DNA of 52,003 nucleotides from Candidatus Nanohalobium sp. (GTDB lineage: Archaea > Nanohalarchaeota > Nanosalinia > Nanosalinales > Nanosalinaceae). Position numbers and translations under genes: made by a program. The notes under the pieces were generated by a model that saw nothing but the letters and a program-made list of their open reading frames with translations, was not told the origin of the DNA and searched no databases. How positions within the stretch are numbered: the first letter of the stretch is position 1; each line of letters opens with the position of its first letter. The DNA is taken from contig JBDGSL010000001.1 in NCBI GenBank assembly GCA_042217555.1, forward strand, positions 1-52,003, in the 5' to 3' direction. Below are positions 20,308 to 30,449 of the stretch, piece after piece.

Positions 20308-20462
20308 GAGGATGGCTCTGCCATCTTCCAGAGTTTATTCTGTCTCCAAAAGTTCACCCGGCTGTGTTGTTATCTTAGAGAGACAAAGAATCTTTCTGTG
20401 TTTGTTTGAAAGGCTCTGCGCGTTGCGTTAGGTTAATAAGAGTTAGACCGGGAATCGGATAT

Positions 20463-20744
20463 ATGGCGAGCCTCTGGGACATTGGCAAAAGTAAAAAGGA
20501 GAAGCTCGCCGATGAATGGAAGGAAAATGGAGTTCTAGAAGACAAGGTTCAGAAGCACAGAGACAAGTTCGAGGAGCGATTCCAGCAGAACATGCAGGAA
20601 GAAGTTCCTACACACCCATACAAGATTTACAGGGATATAGTGGAGAACAACGAGCTCAGTGAGGAAGAAAAGATAGCTCTGGAACACATGAAAGACGAGT
20701 TTTCAGAGCAGTGGCAGACACTTAAGCAGACGCATTCAAACTAG
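20463..20744 (+). CDS. Hypothetical helical protein
   Basis: ATG 20463 (MASLWDIGK) with composition typical of this genome; TTAATAA upstream. Confidence 0.7.
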   Translation: MASLWDIGKSKKEKLADEWKENGVLEDKVQKHRDKFEERFQQNMQEEVPTHPYKIYRDIVENNELSEEEKIALEHMKDEFSEQWQTLKQTHSN

Positions 20745-20842
20745 TTCATCGGCGAGGAAGTCCTTGGGGAGGGGGCTCCTAACATTCTTACTTTTCCAAC
20801 CTTTTTCTTTTCCCTCAGGTTAAAACCTTTCCACAGGCAAAA

Positions 20843-21982
20843 ATGTTTTTGATGGAGAGGACAGCAGCTATCGACCGGTTACTTCAGGAGAAAAAATATG
20901 ACGCATTCATGATACATGACGACAGTTCATCCAGCAGAGACCTGTACTACCTCTCAGGTTTCGAGGCATCCGACCCTTTCACGTACCTGAGGACGGATGG
21001 GAAAAGTATACTGGTAGTGTCACAGCTCGAGTTTTCACGGGCCCGGGAGGAGTCAAGAGTCGATGAAGTGTTGAAGACATCCGAACTCAGCGGAGAGGGC
21101 AACGTGTTTGATAACCTGGCTGAGGAGTTTGGGATAGAGGTCCTGGCTGTTCCAGGTGACTTTCCTCTTGGAATGGCCGAAGAGATGGATACCTGTGTTG
21201 AAGCAGTGGAGAGTGACGTTGTGATGGAGGACCGGAAGGTCAAGTCAAGGAAAGAGCAGCAGAAGCTGAGAAAGGCTCAGGAAGCTACTGAAAAAGCCAT
21301 GGAGAAGGCTGAGAAACTTTTAAAAAGAGCTGATGTACGTGACAGGGTTCTTTACCTTGACGGCAGGCCTTTGACCTCGGAAAGGCTCAGGTCACTGATC
21401 AAGATTCATCTAATCGAGAACGGCTGTGAGGTACCGGAAGAGACTATTGTTTCCAGTGGTAGAGAGTCGGCAAAGCCACATGCGACAGGTGAAGGCCTGA
21501 TAAAAAGCGGAGAACCTGTAGTAGTCGATATATTTCCCCGGAAGGATAACTACTTCGGGGACATGACCCGTACGTTCGTGAAAGGTAATGCAGATGAGGA
21601 AGTACAGGATATGAAAGAGGCCGTACTCGAGGCACAGAAAGCAGCTTTCCAGATGCTTGAACGAGAAAAGGAGGTCAAAGCCTGTGATGTACACCGGGAG
21701 GTATGTGAAGTGCTTGAAGAACATGGCTACAGTACGCTGAGGGATGAAGACACTGAGAAAGGGTTTATCCACAGTACAGGCCATGCTGTAGGCCTTGATC
21801 TGCATGAGAAACCTGTGCTTGCAGAAAACGAAGACGTGATCCTGCCAGGGATGGTGTTAACCATAGAACCCGGTCTTTACCTTCCGGAGACCGGAGGAGT
21901 GAGGATAGAGGACATGGTACTGGTAACAGAGGAAGGCTACGAGAACTTCAACTCGATGAGTAAAGACCTGGAACTTGACTGA
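20843..21982 (+). CDS. Xaa-Pro aminopeptidase (M24B)
   Basis: DIFPR..YFGDMTRT, HSTGHAVGLDLHE, TIEPGLY, GGVRIED. Confidence 0.93.
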   Translation: MFLMERTAAIDRLLQEKKYDAFMIHDDSSSSRDLYYLSGFEASDPFTYLRTDGKSILVVSQLEFSRAREESRVDEVLKTSELSGEGNVFDNLAEEFGIEVLAVPGDFPLGMAEEMDTCVEAVESDVVMEDRKVKSRKEQQKLRKAQEATEKAMEKAEKLLKRADVRDRVLYLDGRPLTSERLRSLIKIHLIENGCEVPEETIVSSGRESAKPHATGEGLIKSGEPVVVDIFPRKDNYFGDMTRTFVKGNADEEVQDMKEAVLEAQKAAFQMLEREKEVKACDVHREVCEVLEEHGYSTLRDEDTEKGFIHSTGHAVGLDLHEKPVLAENEDVILPGMVLTIEPGLYLPETGGVRIEDMVLVTEEGYENFNSMSKDLELD

Positions 21983-21983
21983 T

Positions 21984-23618
21984 TCATACTTCCTTGGCCA
22001 TGTACGGCCCTTCTTTCTCGTAGTTGAACTTCCGGTAGTACTCTCTGGTGCCGACGGCTGAGATGACGACTACCTTCTCTTTCCCGAGTTCACGGGCTTT
22101 TTCCTCGGCAGCTTCCATTAAACGTGTTCCATAGCCCTGATGCTGTGTCTCTCCTTCCTCACCGATATCTGTCGCAGAACCCAGGACTTTCAACTGCCTG
22201 ACGATCAGTGTACTGCTGTCTATCTCCGGTCTGAAGCTTTCGGTCGGCGCTCTCAACCTGGTGAATCCCAGTATGATATCGTTTTCAGTGTCTTCGTAGC
22301 TCAGGAAGTATTCATCTCCCTCTGATGCCCTGTAGTCTCTTTCCACAAGTTCGATATTTTCTTCCGAAGGTTCCAGTCCGTGAGTTCTTTCCACGTGGCC
22401 TACCTCCCTGCATCTTATGCATCTACACCTCTCCCCTTCTTCCTGAAGTTCCTGCAAGGCCATCTGCCGCATGTTAGTAAGTTGAGGACCTGCATCAACC
22501 TCTGTACTGGGGATGTCACGCATAACTCGTTTAACCCTGACATGAGGAGGTATTATGTCTTTCTGTGCTTTCTTAAGTCTTTTCTTTGCCTCCTCGTCGG
22601 CGATAGGCTCAAAGTCTCCTTCATCATACCTTCTGTAAAGCTCTGTCCCCTGGATAACTTCACACGGGTAGATCTTGATCTCATCGGGTTGAAGCTCTGG
22701 ATCGGAGAAAGTCTTCCTGAACTTCTCTATGTCTTCCTCATATCCTTCACCGGGAAGTCCAAGCATCAGGTGGTATGCTACCTTGAACCCTGCGTTCTTC
22801 AACCGTTTTGTCGCCTCCTTCACCTTCTCCATGCCGTGACCCCGGTTTGTCCTCTCATGAGTCTCATCGAACACGGTCTGCACACCCATTTCGACCCTGG
22901 TACCTCCCATCTCGAGAATCCTGTCAATATGTTCCTGTTCAGCTATATCCGGCCTTGTCTCAAAAGTCACGCCGACGTTCCGTACCTCAGCTGTTTCGTT
23001 GATCTTCTTGGCCTCCTCCAGCGTGTCTGCTTTTCCTGAAGCAGACGGTTCAGAAGAATCTCCCTGTTCTTCAACATCTGCTTCCTCATCGTCTCCTCTG
23101 TACGTGTTGAATGCGTTGAACGCCTCTTTCAGAAAGTTTTTCTGGTACTCCGGGTCCTGGAACGGGAAAGTACCTCCCATAATGATCAGCTTGGACTTGT
23201 CTATCGAGTGACCGTTTTTCTCGTACTGTTCCAGTCTGTCCTGTGTCTGATCGTAGGGGTCGTACTGATTTCTTATCGCCCGCCTCGTTGCCGGCTCCTT
23301 ACCTGTGTAGCTCTGTGGCGCGTCCTTACCCTTCGGACAGTAGATACAGCCCCCTCCACATGGAGCAGGCCGGGCCATGATTGCGATATTGGCGACGCCG
23401 GAGATTGAACGCGTAGGCTTGGTCTTCAGAACTTCACTTGCTTTTTCCTCTTCCTCCCTGGCAAACCTCAGGATGTCCGAGTTTTTCGGCATCCCGTCAA
23501 ACTCAAGTTCACTGCACAGCTGTTTCTTCCTCTTCTCAACTTCCTCCTTGTCCTCCAGCTCTCCCTCCTGTATTTCACGGATGATCTGCCGGGAAAGATT
23601 TTGAAGCTCTGACATCAT
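21984..23618 (-). CDS. elp3: tRNA uridine(34) acetyltransferase Elp3 (radical SAM + KAT)
   Basis: PCGGGCIYCP, PQSYTGKEPA, MGGTF, ETRPD, CIRCREVG, QHQGYG, GTREYYRK. Confidence 0.96.
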   Translation of the reverse strand: MMSELQNLSRQIIREIQEGELEDKEEVEKRKKQLCSELEFDGMPKNSDILRFAREEEEKASEVLKTKPTRSISGVANIAIMARPAPCGGGCIYCPKGKDAPQSYTGKEPATRRAIRNQYDPYDQTQDRLEQYEKNGHSIDKSKLIIMGGTFPFQDPEYQKNFLKEAFNAFNTYRGDDEEADVEEQGDSSEPSASGKADTLEEAKKINETAEVRNVGVTFETRPDIAEQEHIDRILEMGGTRVEMGVQTVFDETHERTNRGHGMEKVKEATKRLKNAGFKVAYHLMLGLPGEGYEEDIEKFRKTFSDPELQPDEIKIYPCEVIQGTELYRRYDEGDFEPIADEEAKKRLKKAQKDIIPPHVRVKRVMRDIPSTEVDAGPQLTNMRQMALQELQEEGERCRCIRCREVGHVERTHGLEPSEENIELVERDYRASEGDEYFLSYEDTENDIILGFTRLRAPTESFRPEIDSSTLIVRQLKVLGSATDIGEEGETQHQGYGTRLMEAAEEKARELGKEKVVVISAVGTREYYRKFNYEKEGPYMAKEV

Positions 23619-23669
23619 TTGAAGGAATGATAGGTGAGAATTAAAAACCGCGGCCTCGCTGATGTAACT

Positions 23670-24518
23670 ATGAAGAAAACTGTTCTAACAATTTTCATCC
23701 TGATAACAGCAGCTTCTGCAACCAGTTTCAGCTTTGACCAGAAAGGTAAAGCCGCATTAATAGATCTTTCAGGAAGTATAACTCCTTCACAGAGCGTAGG
23801 CCTTGGAGGCTCCGGTATAACACCAGAACAGGTAAGAAAACTGAACAAGCAGGCTGAAAGAGAAGGTGCTGACGCCATAATATACGAGATAAACTCAGGC
23901 GGAGGCGCAGTAGTAGCATCTAAAGAAGTCTACCGGGCTATAGAGGACGTAGAAGTTCCAACAGTTTGCCGGTTGAGAGACGTAGCGGCCTCCGGAGGCT
24001 ATATGATATCACTGGGATGTGACAGGACAGTAGCTGATTCAGCGACTTTAACAGGCAGTATAGGAGTTAAAAGTTCCTATATACAGTACTCAGGTACGCT
24101 AGACCGTTTTGGCGCCCGTTACATCAATATATCAGCAGGAAATATGAAGGAGGTTGGAAACCCGTTCATGAACATCTCCGAGAAGGAAAAAGAGTTCCTG
24201 CAGGAGAAAGCAGGTGCAATACACAGGGACTTCCTGAACATGGTTGAAGAAGAGAGGAACCTTACCAGTACACAGGTAGATAAAATCAGTTCCGGAGCAC
24301 CCTACCTCGGTAAAGAAGCAGAAAACTTGAACCTGGTCGATAAACTGGGAGGCAGGGAAACAGCAGTGAATGCCGCAGAAAACATGACGGGCCAGGAGCT
24401 GGAGACTTTCAAGGCCCAGGACTCCACCGGTTTCAACCTCATGTCGCTTCTGACAGCCGACCTAAACATCGGGAACTTCCTGAAGTTCTCGTCTCCTTTC
24501 AGAGCCGAATGGAGATAA
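23670..24518 (+). CDS. sppA: Signal peptide peptidase SppA (S49)
   Basis: Signal-like N-terminus MKKTVL, INSGGG, AASGGY, TGSIGV. Confidence 0.92.
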   Translation: MKKTVLTIFILITAASATSFSFDQKGKAALIDLSGSITPSQSVGLGGSGITPEQVRKLNKQAEREGADAIIYEINSGGGAVVASKEVYRAIEDVEVPTVCRLRDVAASGGYMISLGCDRTVADSATLTGSIGVKSSYIQYSGTLDRFGARYINISAGNMKEVGNPFMNISEKEKEFLQEKAGAIHRDFLNMVEEERNLTSTQVDKISSGAPYLGKEAENLNLVDKLGGRETAVNAAENMTGQELETFKAQDSTGFNLMSLLTADLNIGNFLKFSSPFRAEWR

Positions 24519-24569
24519 GAAATGAGGGGAAACAGAAAAGAAACCTGTTTTCGAAGTTAGCCTCCCTGA

Positions 24570-25439
24570 CTACTGTTCAGGTGCTTCTCCCGGTTTCTCC
24601 GGTGCTTCATCAGGTTCCTCACTGTGGTTCCAGAGGACATCAAACATAGGGCTGAGCATCGAGTCAGCCATGTGATCGCTCTGTGTCCAGAAGGCCGTGT
24701 CCTGCGTGGAGTGAACGTCGTCGTGCGTCATTGACATGGTAAGTGCGTCATCGTCGACGATGGTAAACCTTCCCTCCGGCACATCCACTTCTTCAAGCTT
24801 CTGATCTGCTCCCTGCAGATCCCTGACCTCTGCGACATCCTTAATCTTGTCAAAGGCCTCCCTGTTTCTGTCTGTGACAGGTGCCAGAACCTTTACATTG
24901 ACTCCTTTGTCCCTTGCTTCCTGAAGCAGATCTGAATGATTATTGAGAAGATCATTGAGTCCGTCCTCGGAAGTCATTATCTTTATACTTTCCTCTGCGT
25001 CCTGCATCATGGTTCCCTGATGCTGATTGATCTGGTGCTCTCCCTGTAGAGAACCTGACATCTCGGCAGGATCAACAAGTTCAACTCCTTGATCGTAGAG
25101 CGATTCCAGTTCTTCAACTGCTTCAGAATCCTTGAAATCTTCCAGTTTGTCAAGTTTCTCCTCCAGGTCCTGCCTGTGCTGCGCTTTGATGTTCTCTATT
25201 GCCTGCTCAGGCGGGATAGCTACGTATTCCATGGGTTTGGAGGATTTGATAACTACAAGGCCTTTCTCGGCCAGTGACTCAAGGACATCGTAGGCCCTGG
25301 AACGGGGAACATTGGTCATTTCCGACAGCTCGCCGGCCGTCGAGACGCTTCTTCCAAGAAGAGCAGAATATATTTTTCTCTCGTACATGTTCAGGCCGAT
25401 GTCCTCGAGCTTATCCAAAGTATCGTTGCTTGCAACCAT
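24570..25439 (-). CDS. TrmB-family transcriptional regulator
   Basis: GLNMYERKIY...VPRSRAYDVLESLAEKGL wHTH plus PLD-like effector domain. Confidence 0.9.
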   Translation of the reverse strand: MVASNDTLDKLEDIGLNMYERKIYSALLGRSVSTAGELSEMTNVPRSRAYDVLESLAEKGLVVIKSSKPMEYVAIPPEQAIENIKAQHRQDLEEKLDKLEDFKDSEAVEELESLYDQGVELVDPAEMSGSLQGEHQINQHQGTMMQDAEESIKIMTSEDGLNDLLNNHSDLLQEARDKGVNVKVLAPVTDRNREAFDKIKDVAEVRDLQGADQKLEEVDVPEGRFTIVDDDALTMSMTHDDVHSTQDTAFWTQSDHMADSMLSPMFDVLWNHSEEPDEAPEKPGEAPEQ

Positions 25440-25556
25440 TTTTTACACTACACCTACTGTTTAGCCTTTACTAACCGGCGGTTATAAACTTTTTTTCCAC
25501 CGACAGCCAAAGACCAGGATTTTATCATCCTGTAGTAATTAATCATGTTCGAATAT

Positions 25557-26198
25557 TTATAAAACCTCTTCCAGCTTCTTCCTGAGCCGGGAGATCACTC
25601 CTCTTTTTTTCTTCCCGAATATCCTTTTCTCTTCCTTGAGGCCTTTCCAGTGCATACTGTCAAAGAAGCTCCCTACCTGGTGTCCGTACTTATCGTAGAA
25701 GGCAACCTGGTTCATTCCGAAACGTGGATCTGAATGGACAGGGTTATCGGTGTAGGCTAATGTTACTGTGGCCATGACTTCCTTGCCGTCAGGAACGTCA
25801 AGCTGTTCGGAGACTGCCTCAGTATCGAAGCCGGTCTTCCAGACAGAGCTTAAACCTTCTTCCTCCGCTACCAATCTCATGTTTTGAACTGCTGCAGCTG
25901 ATTCAGCCGTGCAGAACTCACGTGGAGGCTTTCCCAGTCTTCTCTCCATCCTTTCCAGATCTGAAACCACTGCTATCGTTGCAGGCGCATCCTCGATCCT
26001 GTTGTCTCCAAGTATCTTCGAAACTATCTCCAGCTGTCCACCTGACTCGATGACTATGAACTCAAGAGTCTGGACATTTCCCGGAGAGGGAGTGTTCCTT
26101 CCTGCCTCAAGTACTTTACCCAGTTTCTCCCGTTCCACGGTGTCTTTTCTTGGCTTCTTGAACCCTGTCAGGTTGAGCACTGTTTCAAACGTTGACAT
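25557..26198 (-). CDS. Nitroreductase family protein
   Basis: LEAGRNTPSPGNVQ, AAVQNMRLVAEEEGLSSVW; start uncertain (26198 or 26216). Confidence 0.85.
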   Translation of the reverse strand: MSTFETVLNLTGFKKPRKDTVEREKLGKVLEAGRNTPSPGNVQTLEFIVIESGGQLEIVSKILGDNRIEDAPATIAVVSDLERMERRLGKPPREFCTAESAAAVQNMRLVAEEEGLSSVWKTGFDTEAVSEQLDVPDGKEVMATVTLAYTDNPVHSDPRFGMNQVAFYDKYGHQVGSFFDSMHWKGLKEEKRIFGKKKRGVISRLRKKLEEVL

Positions 26199-26251
26199 GT
26201 TTTGAGTTTTTGACACGGCAGTGTTTAAACCTTCAGGAAGAAAGACTGGAC

Positions 26252-27925
26252 GTGAAATACAAGGAACTGGCAGAAAAGTACCAGGAACTGGAATCCACCA
26301 GGAAGACCCTGGAAAAGACGGATATAATAGCTGAACTGTTCACAGACTCAGGAGAAGACCTTGAAAGACTTGTACTCCTGATCAACGGCAGGATCTACCC
26401 AGAGTGGAAGGAAACAGAGATAGGGATGAGCAGCAGGATGATGAAAGAGACTATCAGTGAAGCAACCGGCCACGACGAGGAAAAAGTAGAAGAACTCTGG
26501 AGAGACAAGGGAGACCTGGGACTGGCAGCTGAAGAACTTGTAGATAAGAAAAAGCAGCAGAGACTTTTCTCAAAAGAACTTACTGTCAGTAAAGTACTGG
26601 AAAAACTGAGAAAAGTCGCAGAGATGGAAAAAGAAGGCATAAGCCAGTCAGTAAGCCAGGACAAGAAAAGAGGAGAGATAGCAGACCTCATAAGCTCTGC
26701 AAAACCTTTAGAAGCTCGTTATCTGGTAAGAACAGTTCTCGGACATCTCAGGATTGGAGTAGCCGAAGGAATAATAAGAGATGCACTTGCAGAAGCATTC
26801 TTCGACGGGAAAAACACTGAAGAGATACAGAAAGCCTATAACTTCACAAACGACTTTACAGAAGTTGCCAGAGCATGCAGGAAAGGTTTAGAAGAAGTTA
26901 AATCTCTGGAACTGGAGCTTTTCCGTCCTGTTAACTCGATGCTGGCGAAGAAGGTCGACACAATTGAGGAAGGGTTCGAAACCGTTGGAAAGCCTGCTCT
27001 CATCGATAAGAAATATGACGGCATGAGAGCTCAGATTCATGTCAGAGAAGGAGAAGTCAAAGTGTTCACCCGTAGACTTGAGGACGTCACGGAACAGTTC
27101 CCGGATGTTGTAAATGCTGTGGAAGAACATATAGACGCTGAGAACTGTATACTGGACACTGAAGTAGTAGGGTACGACCCGGAGGACGGGTCAATGATAG
27201 AGTTTCAGAAGCTTTCCAAGAGGATAAAGCGGAAGTACGACATCCAGAAACTGAAAAACGAGATACCTGTAGAGGTACGGCCTTTCGACATCATATATCT
27301 AAACGAACCGATCCTGGAGAAACCTTACCAGGAGAGACTTGAGAAGCTTGACTCGATAACCCGGAGAGAAGAAAAGAAGTTGAGAACCGTAGACAGGAAG
27401 ATAACCAGCGAAGTTGAAGAAGTGCAGGAGATGCAGCAGCGCTCACTTTCCGAAGGCCACGAAGGCATAATGATGAAGAACCTTGAAGCAGAGTACAAGC
27501 CAGGCTCCAGAGTAGGGTACATGGTGAAACTGAAACCTGTGATGGAGACACTTGACCTTGCGATAATCGCTGCAAAATGGAGTGAAGGAGAACGAGCAGG
27601 ATGGCTTGGAAGACTGTTCCTCGGCTGCTACAACAAGGAAACCGGCGAATACGAGGAAGTCGGGAAGATGGCTACCGGGCTGACAGAAGAACAGTTTGAA
27701 GAAGTAACGGAGAGGCTTAAACCACTTATAGAAAAAGAAGAAGGTAGAAAAGTATGGGTAAAACCCGAGATAATAGTGGAAGTTGAATACGAGGAGATAC
27801 AGGAAAGCCCAACCTACTCATCCGGCTACGCACTGCGCTTCCCACGCCTGAAAACATTCAGAGACGATAAAGACAGTGCAGACTCACTGGAGAAGGTAGA
27901 AAGCATATACAGAAGTCAGAAGTAA
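26252..27925 (+). CDS. lig: ATP-dependent DNA ligase
   Basis: Motif I KKYDGMRAQIH, EGIMMK, VKLK, LRFPR; likely GTG start at 26252. Confidence 0.96.
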   Translation: MKYKELAEKYQELESTRKTLEKTDIIAELFTDSGEDLERLVLLINGRIYPEWKETEIGMSSRMMKETISEATGHDEEKVEELWRDKGDLGLAAEELVDKKKQQRLFSKELTVSKVLEKLRKVAEMEKEGISQSVSQDKKRGEIADLISSAKPLEARYLVRTVLGHLRIGVAEGIIRDALAEAFFDGKNTEEIQKAYNFTNDFTEVARACRKGLEEVKSLELELFRPVNSMLAKKVDTIEEGFETVGKPALIDKKYDGMRAQIHVREGEVKVFTRRLEDVTEQFPDVVNAVEEHIDAENCILDTEVVGYDPEDGSMIEFQKLSKRIKRKYDIQKLKNEIPVEVRPFDIIYLNEPILEKPYQERLEKLDSITRREEKKLRTVDRKITSEVEEVQEMQQRSLSEGHEGIMMKNLEAEYKPGSRVGYMVKLKPVMETLDLAIIAAKWSEGERAGWLGRLFLGCYNKETGEYEEVGKMATGLTEEQFEEVTERLKPLIEKEEGRKVWVKPEIIVEVEYEEIQESPTYSSGYALRFPRLKTFRDDKDSADSLEKVESIYRSQK

Positions 27926-27966
27926 AAAATCCGGACTAAAAAAGAAAAAATGAAAAGATATGGAGT

Positions 27967-28425
27967 TTAATCAACCCTTCTCTCCAGGTAGTTGACGAGA
28001 GTCTTCCTGTTCTTTCCCTGTTTCTCTGCCTCAAGCAGTTCTTTGGTGTCCAGATCATCACTGCTGGAAACCTGTTCTTTCACTTCATCTACCGTTCCGG
28101 ACAGTATATCCTGCGGGTCCGGCCCTCCTCTCTCAACGGCCTGCTTTATCTCTCTCGCTGCGTCACGTTCCTGCTCTGCGGTCCCCTGCGGTCTCTGCTG
28201 AAGTGTCTGCTGACCGGCGACCTCTTCACTTTCCTGACTTCGCTCTTCTCTGTGAACTCTTAGCTCATCGCTTTCAAGCCATACGATGAAAGCCCCGACC
28301 AAGACAAGCAGCGGGCCTATACCCCCCAGTACAAGAGTTATCAACTGGTTTGAGAACTGTAGAGACGTAAAGATTCCAAGCACCATCATAAGTGCTCCGA
28401 CCAGAATTTTGATTACAGGACTCAT
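27967..28425 (-). CDS. Hypothetical membrane protein (2 N-terminal TM helices)
   Basis: MSPVIKILVG hydrophobic N-terminus; C-terminal ELLEAEKQGKNRKTLV motif. Confidence 0.7.
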   Translation of the reverse strand: MSPVIKILVGALMMVLGIFTSLQFSNQLITLVLGGIGPLLVLVGAFIVWLESDELRVHREERSQESEEVAGQQTLQQRPQGTAEQERDAAREIKQAVERGGPDPQDILSGTVDEVKEQVSSSDDLDTKELLEAEKQGKNRKTLVNYLERRVD

Positions 28426-28548
28426 CTTTGTATCACAACTAAACGATAACAAAAAACTCTTATATGGGTTTTCGTGTTCGATCACCGGCAACCGGTTAAG
28501 GGATTTATAATGTTTTTCCGTCCAAGGGTTGTATACGAGCTGGAAGAT

Positions 28549-29124
28549 ATGAGCTACTACAAGTACGCCAGAGAACAGTATGAACAGCCCAAGGAGAACC
28601 TGGACGAAATCTGGAAGCAGAGACTGCAGGAATGGAGGGACGAAGATAAAATCGTGAAGGCAGAGAACCCTACAAGAATACCAAAAGCTCGTCAGCTCGG
28701 ATACAAGGCAAAGAACGGGTTCAACATCATCCGTGTCAAAGTGAACAAGGGAGGAACCAAGAGAGAAAGACCTGAAGCCGGGAGAAAACCCAGGAACACG
28801 GGTCAGAGCCGTTTCTCACCCAAGAAATCCAAGCAGGTTATCGCAGAGGAAAAAGTCTCCCGCAAATACGAGAACCTGGAAGTTCTCAACAGTTACTGGG
28901 TAGCAGAGGACGGAAACAGGAAATGGTTCGAAGTTATCATGGTTGACCCTGACCACCCTGAAATTGAAAACGATGAAGACGTGAACTGGATACAGGACAA
29001 CAGAGACAGAGCAGAAAGAGGTCAAACACCTGCAGCAAAGGAAAGCAGAGGCTTAAACAACAAAGGTAAGGGAGCGGAAAAGATGAGGCCGTCCCAGAAC
29101 GCTAACGACAACAAAGGCAAGTAA
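28549..29124 (+). CDS. rpl15e: 50S ribosomal protein L15e
   Basis: PTRIPKARQLGYKAK, LEVLNSYWV, WFEVIMVDPDHP. Confidence 0.97.
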   Translation: MSYYKYAREQYEQPKENLDEIWKQRLQEWRDEDKIVKAENPTRIPKARQLGYKAKNGFNIIRVKVNKGGTKRERPEAGRKPRNTGQSRFSPKKSKQVIAEEKVSRKYENLEVLNSYWVAEDGNRKWFEVIMVDPDHPEIENDEDVNWIQDNRDRAERGQTPAAKESRGLNNKGKGAEKMRPSQNANDNKGK

Positions 29125-29165
29125 AAAAAGCATTGACAAGTTTTTAACCATCTATTTTTCGTTAA

Positions 29166-29765
29166 ATGACTGACTTCTACGACTTCTTAATCTCCGGTAG
29201 CCTGAAGGAAAAGGCGTCGGAACTCAACTGGAACCCGGAAAAAGTCTCGGTTAAAGTCCTTGAAGCGGACGACCGGGGAGAACTGAAGAAAAAGATTCAG
29301 AGAAGTAGAGAGGATTACGACATACTTGGATTCAGAGGAGGAGACCATGAACTGAACAGGAAGGCTTTTTCCGATGAACGCATGGACGTGGTACTGCATC
29401 CTGGAAAGGGAAGGAAGGACTCCGGTATGAACCATGTAGATGCCAGGAAGGCCTCCCAGAACCACGTGGCAGTAGGGTTCTCACTGAAGCAGTTGCCGGA
29501 AGACCCTAAGAGGCAGAGCCAGGAACTGACAAAGTGGCGGAGAAACCTCAAGCTGTCTGAAAGATACGGCGCCCCTTACCTGCTGACCACTGAAGCAGAC
29601 ATGTTTTCAGACCTGAGAAAGCCTCGAGACCTCGCCGCAGTCATCAACTCACTTGGCTATAACGGCGTTAAAGCAGTCTCAAAAGTACCGAAGAAGATAC
29701 TAGAAGAGAACAGGAAAGCGCAGAGCAGCTCCCGGATAAGACCCGGCCACGAGGTGGTAGAATGA
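29166..29765 (+). CDS. rnp3: RNase P protein Rpp30
   Basis: GGDHELNRKAF, GMNHVDAR, LRKPRDL; conserved rpl15e-rnp3-rnp2 order. Confidence 0.9.
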   Translation: MTDFYDFLISGSLKEKASELNWNPEKVSVKVLEADDRGELKKKIQRSREDYDILGFRGGDHELNRKAFSDERMDVVLHPGKGRKDSGMNHVDARKASQNHVAVGFSLKQLPEDPKRQSQELTKWRRNLKLSERYGAPYLLTTEADMFSDLRKPRDLAAVINSLGYNGVKAVSKVPKKILEENRKAQSSSRIRPGHEVVE

Positions 29766-30079
29766 AGCAGATACCTCCTGCCATACAGAAAGACCACAAA
29801 TACCTCAAATTCAAGATCCGAGGAAAGAAAAAAGAACTGGGAGAAGTCGTAGAAGCAGTATGGAAATCAACCACAGGCTACCTGGGAACCAGAGAGGCCA
29901 GCAAGGCAGACATCTGGATAATTGGAAACAGATTCGATGAAAAAAACCAGACAGGAGTCATAAAAACCAGTAAGGAAAGCGAGGACAATATAAGAGCTGC
30001 ATTAACCGTAAACCCTGGTTTCAAAGACGACACCTTTCTCAGTGTAGAAAAAGTCTCAGGAACAATAGAAAGCCTCTAA
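29762..30079 (+). CDS. rnp2: RNase P protein Pop5
   Basis: KQIPPAIQKDHKYL, VSGTI C-terminus, operon context. Confidence 0.88.
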   Translation: MKQIPPAIQKDHKYLKFKIRGKKKELGEVVEAVWKSTTGYLGTREASKADIWIIGNRFDEKNQTGVIKTSKESEDNIRAALTVNPGFKDDTFLSVEKVSGTIESL

Positions 30080-30315
30080 CCCTCTCCAGACACCAAAGTA
30101 CTGCCAAAATCTTTCCACAGCAGTTTCAATCCTCGAACAGACCTGTTAACCGGTTCAGGCAGGTCAAAGTTCTCGGAATCTACTGTACTGTTATCGTAGC
30201 CCGGGCCATCCAGACTCTGACTATTCTGTGCAACGACTATGAACGCAAGCGCCAGGATTGCCATCACAGCCACGAACAGAAACGTTTGACGACTTTTCTC
30301 ATCCATACAGTACAT
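30076..30315 (-). CDS. Small membrane-anchored hypothetical protein
   Basis: One TM segment followed by a polar tail. Confidence 0.55.
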   Translation of the reverse strand: MYCMDEKSRQTFLFVAVMAILALAFIVVAQNSQSLDGPGYDNSTVDSENFDLPEPVNRSVRGLKLLWKDFGSTLVSGEG

Positions 30316-30449
30316 GTGTTCAAAGGGAACACAGAAAAAGGTTAACTATATTTAAAAGGTTTCTCTTTATAAATCAATTATAAAGTTTATAAACGAGGCT
30401 CTGAAGTTTTCGCCTCGGTGAAAACTTTACTAAGAGGTGTAACTCTAAA

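Noticed and set aside
20745..20785. GGCGAGGAAGTCC motif resembling RNase P RNA P4 or an IS left-end fragment
   Set aside because: The spacer is under 100 nt with no partner strand or matching second half.
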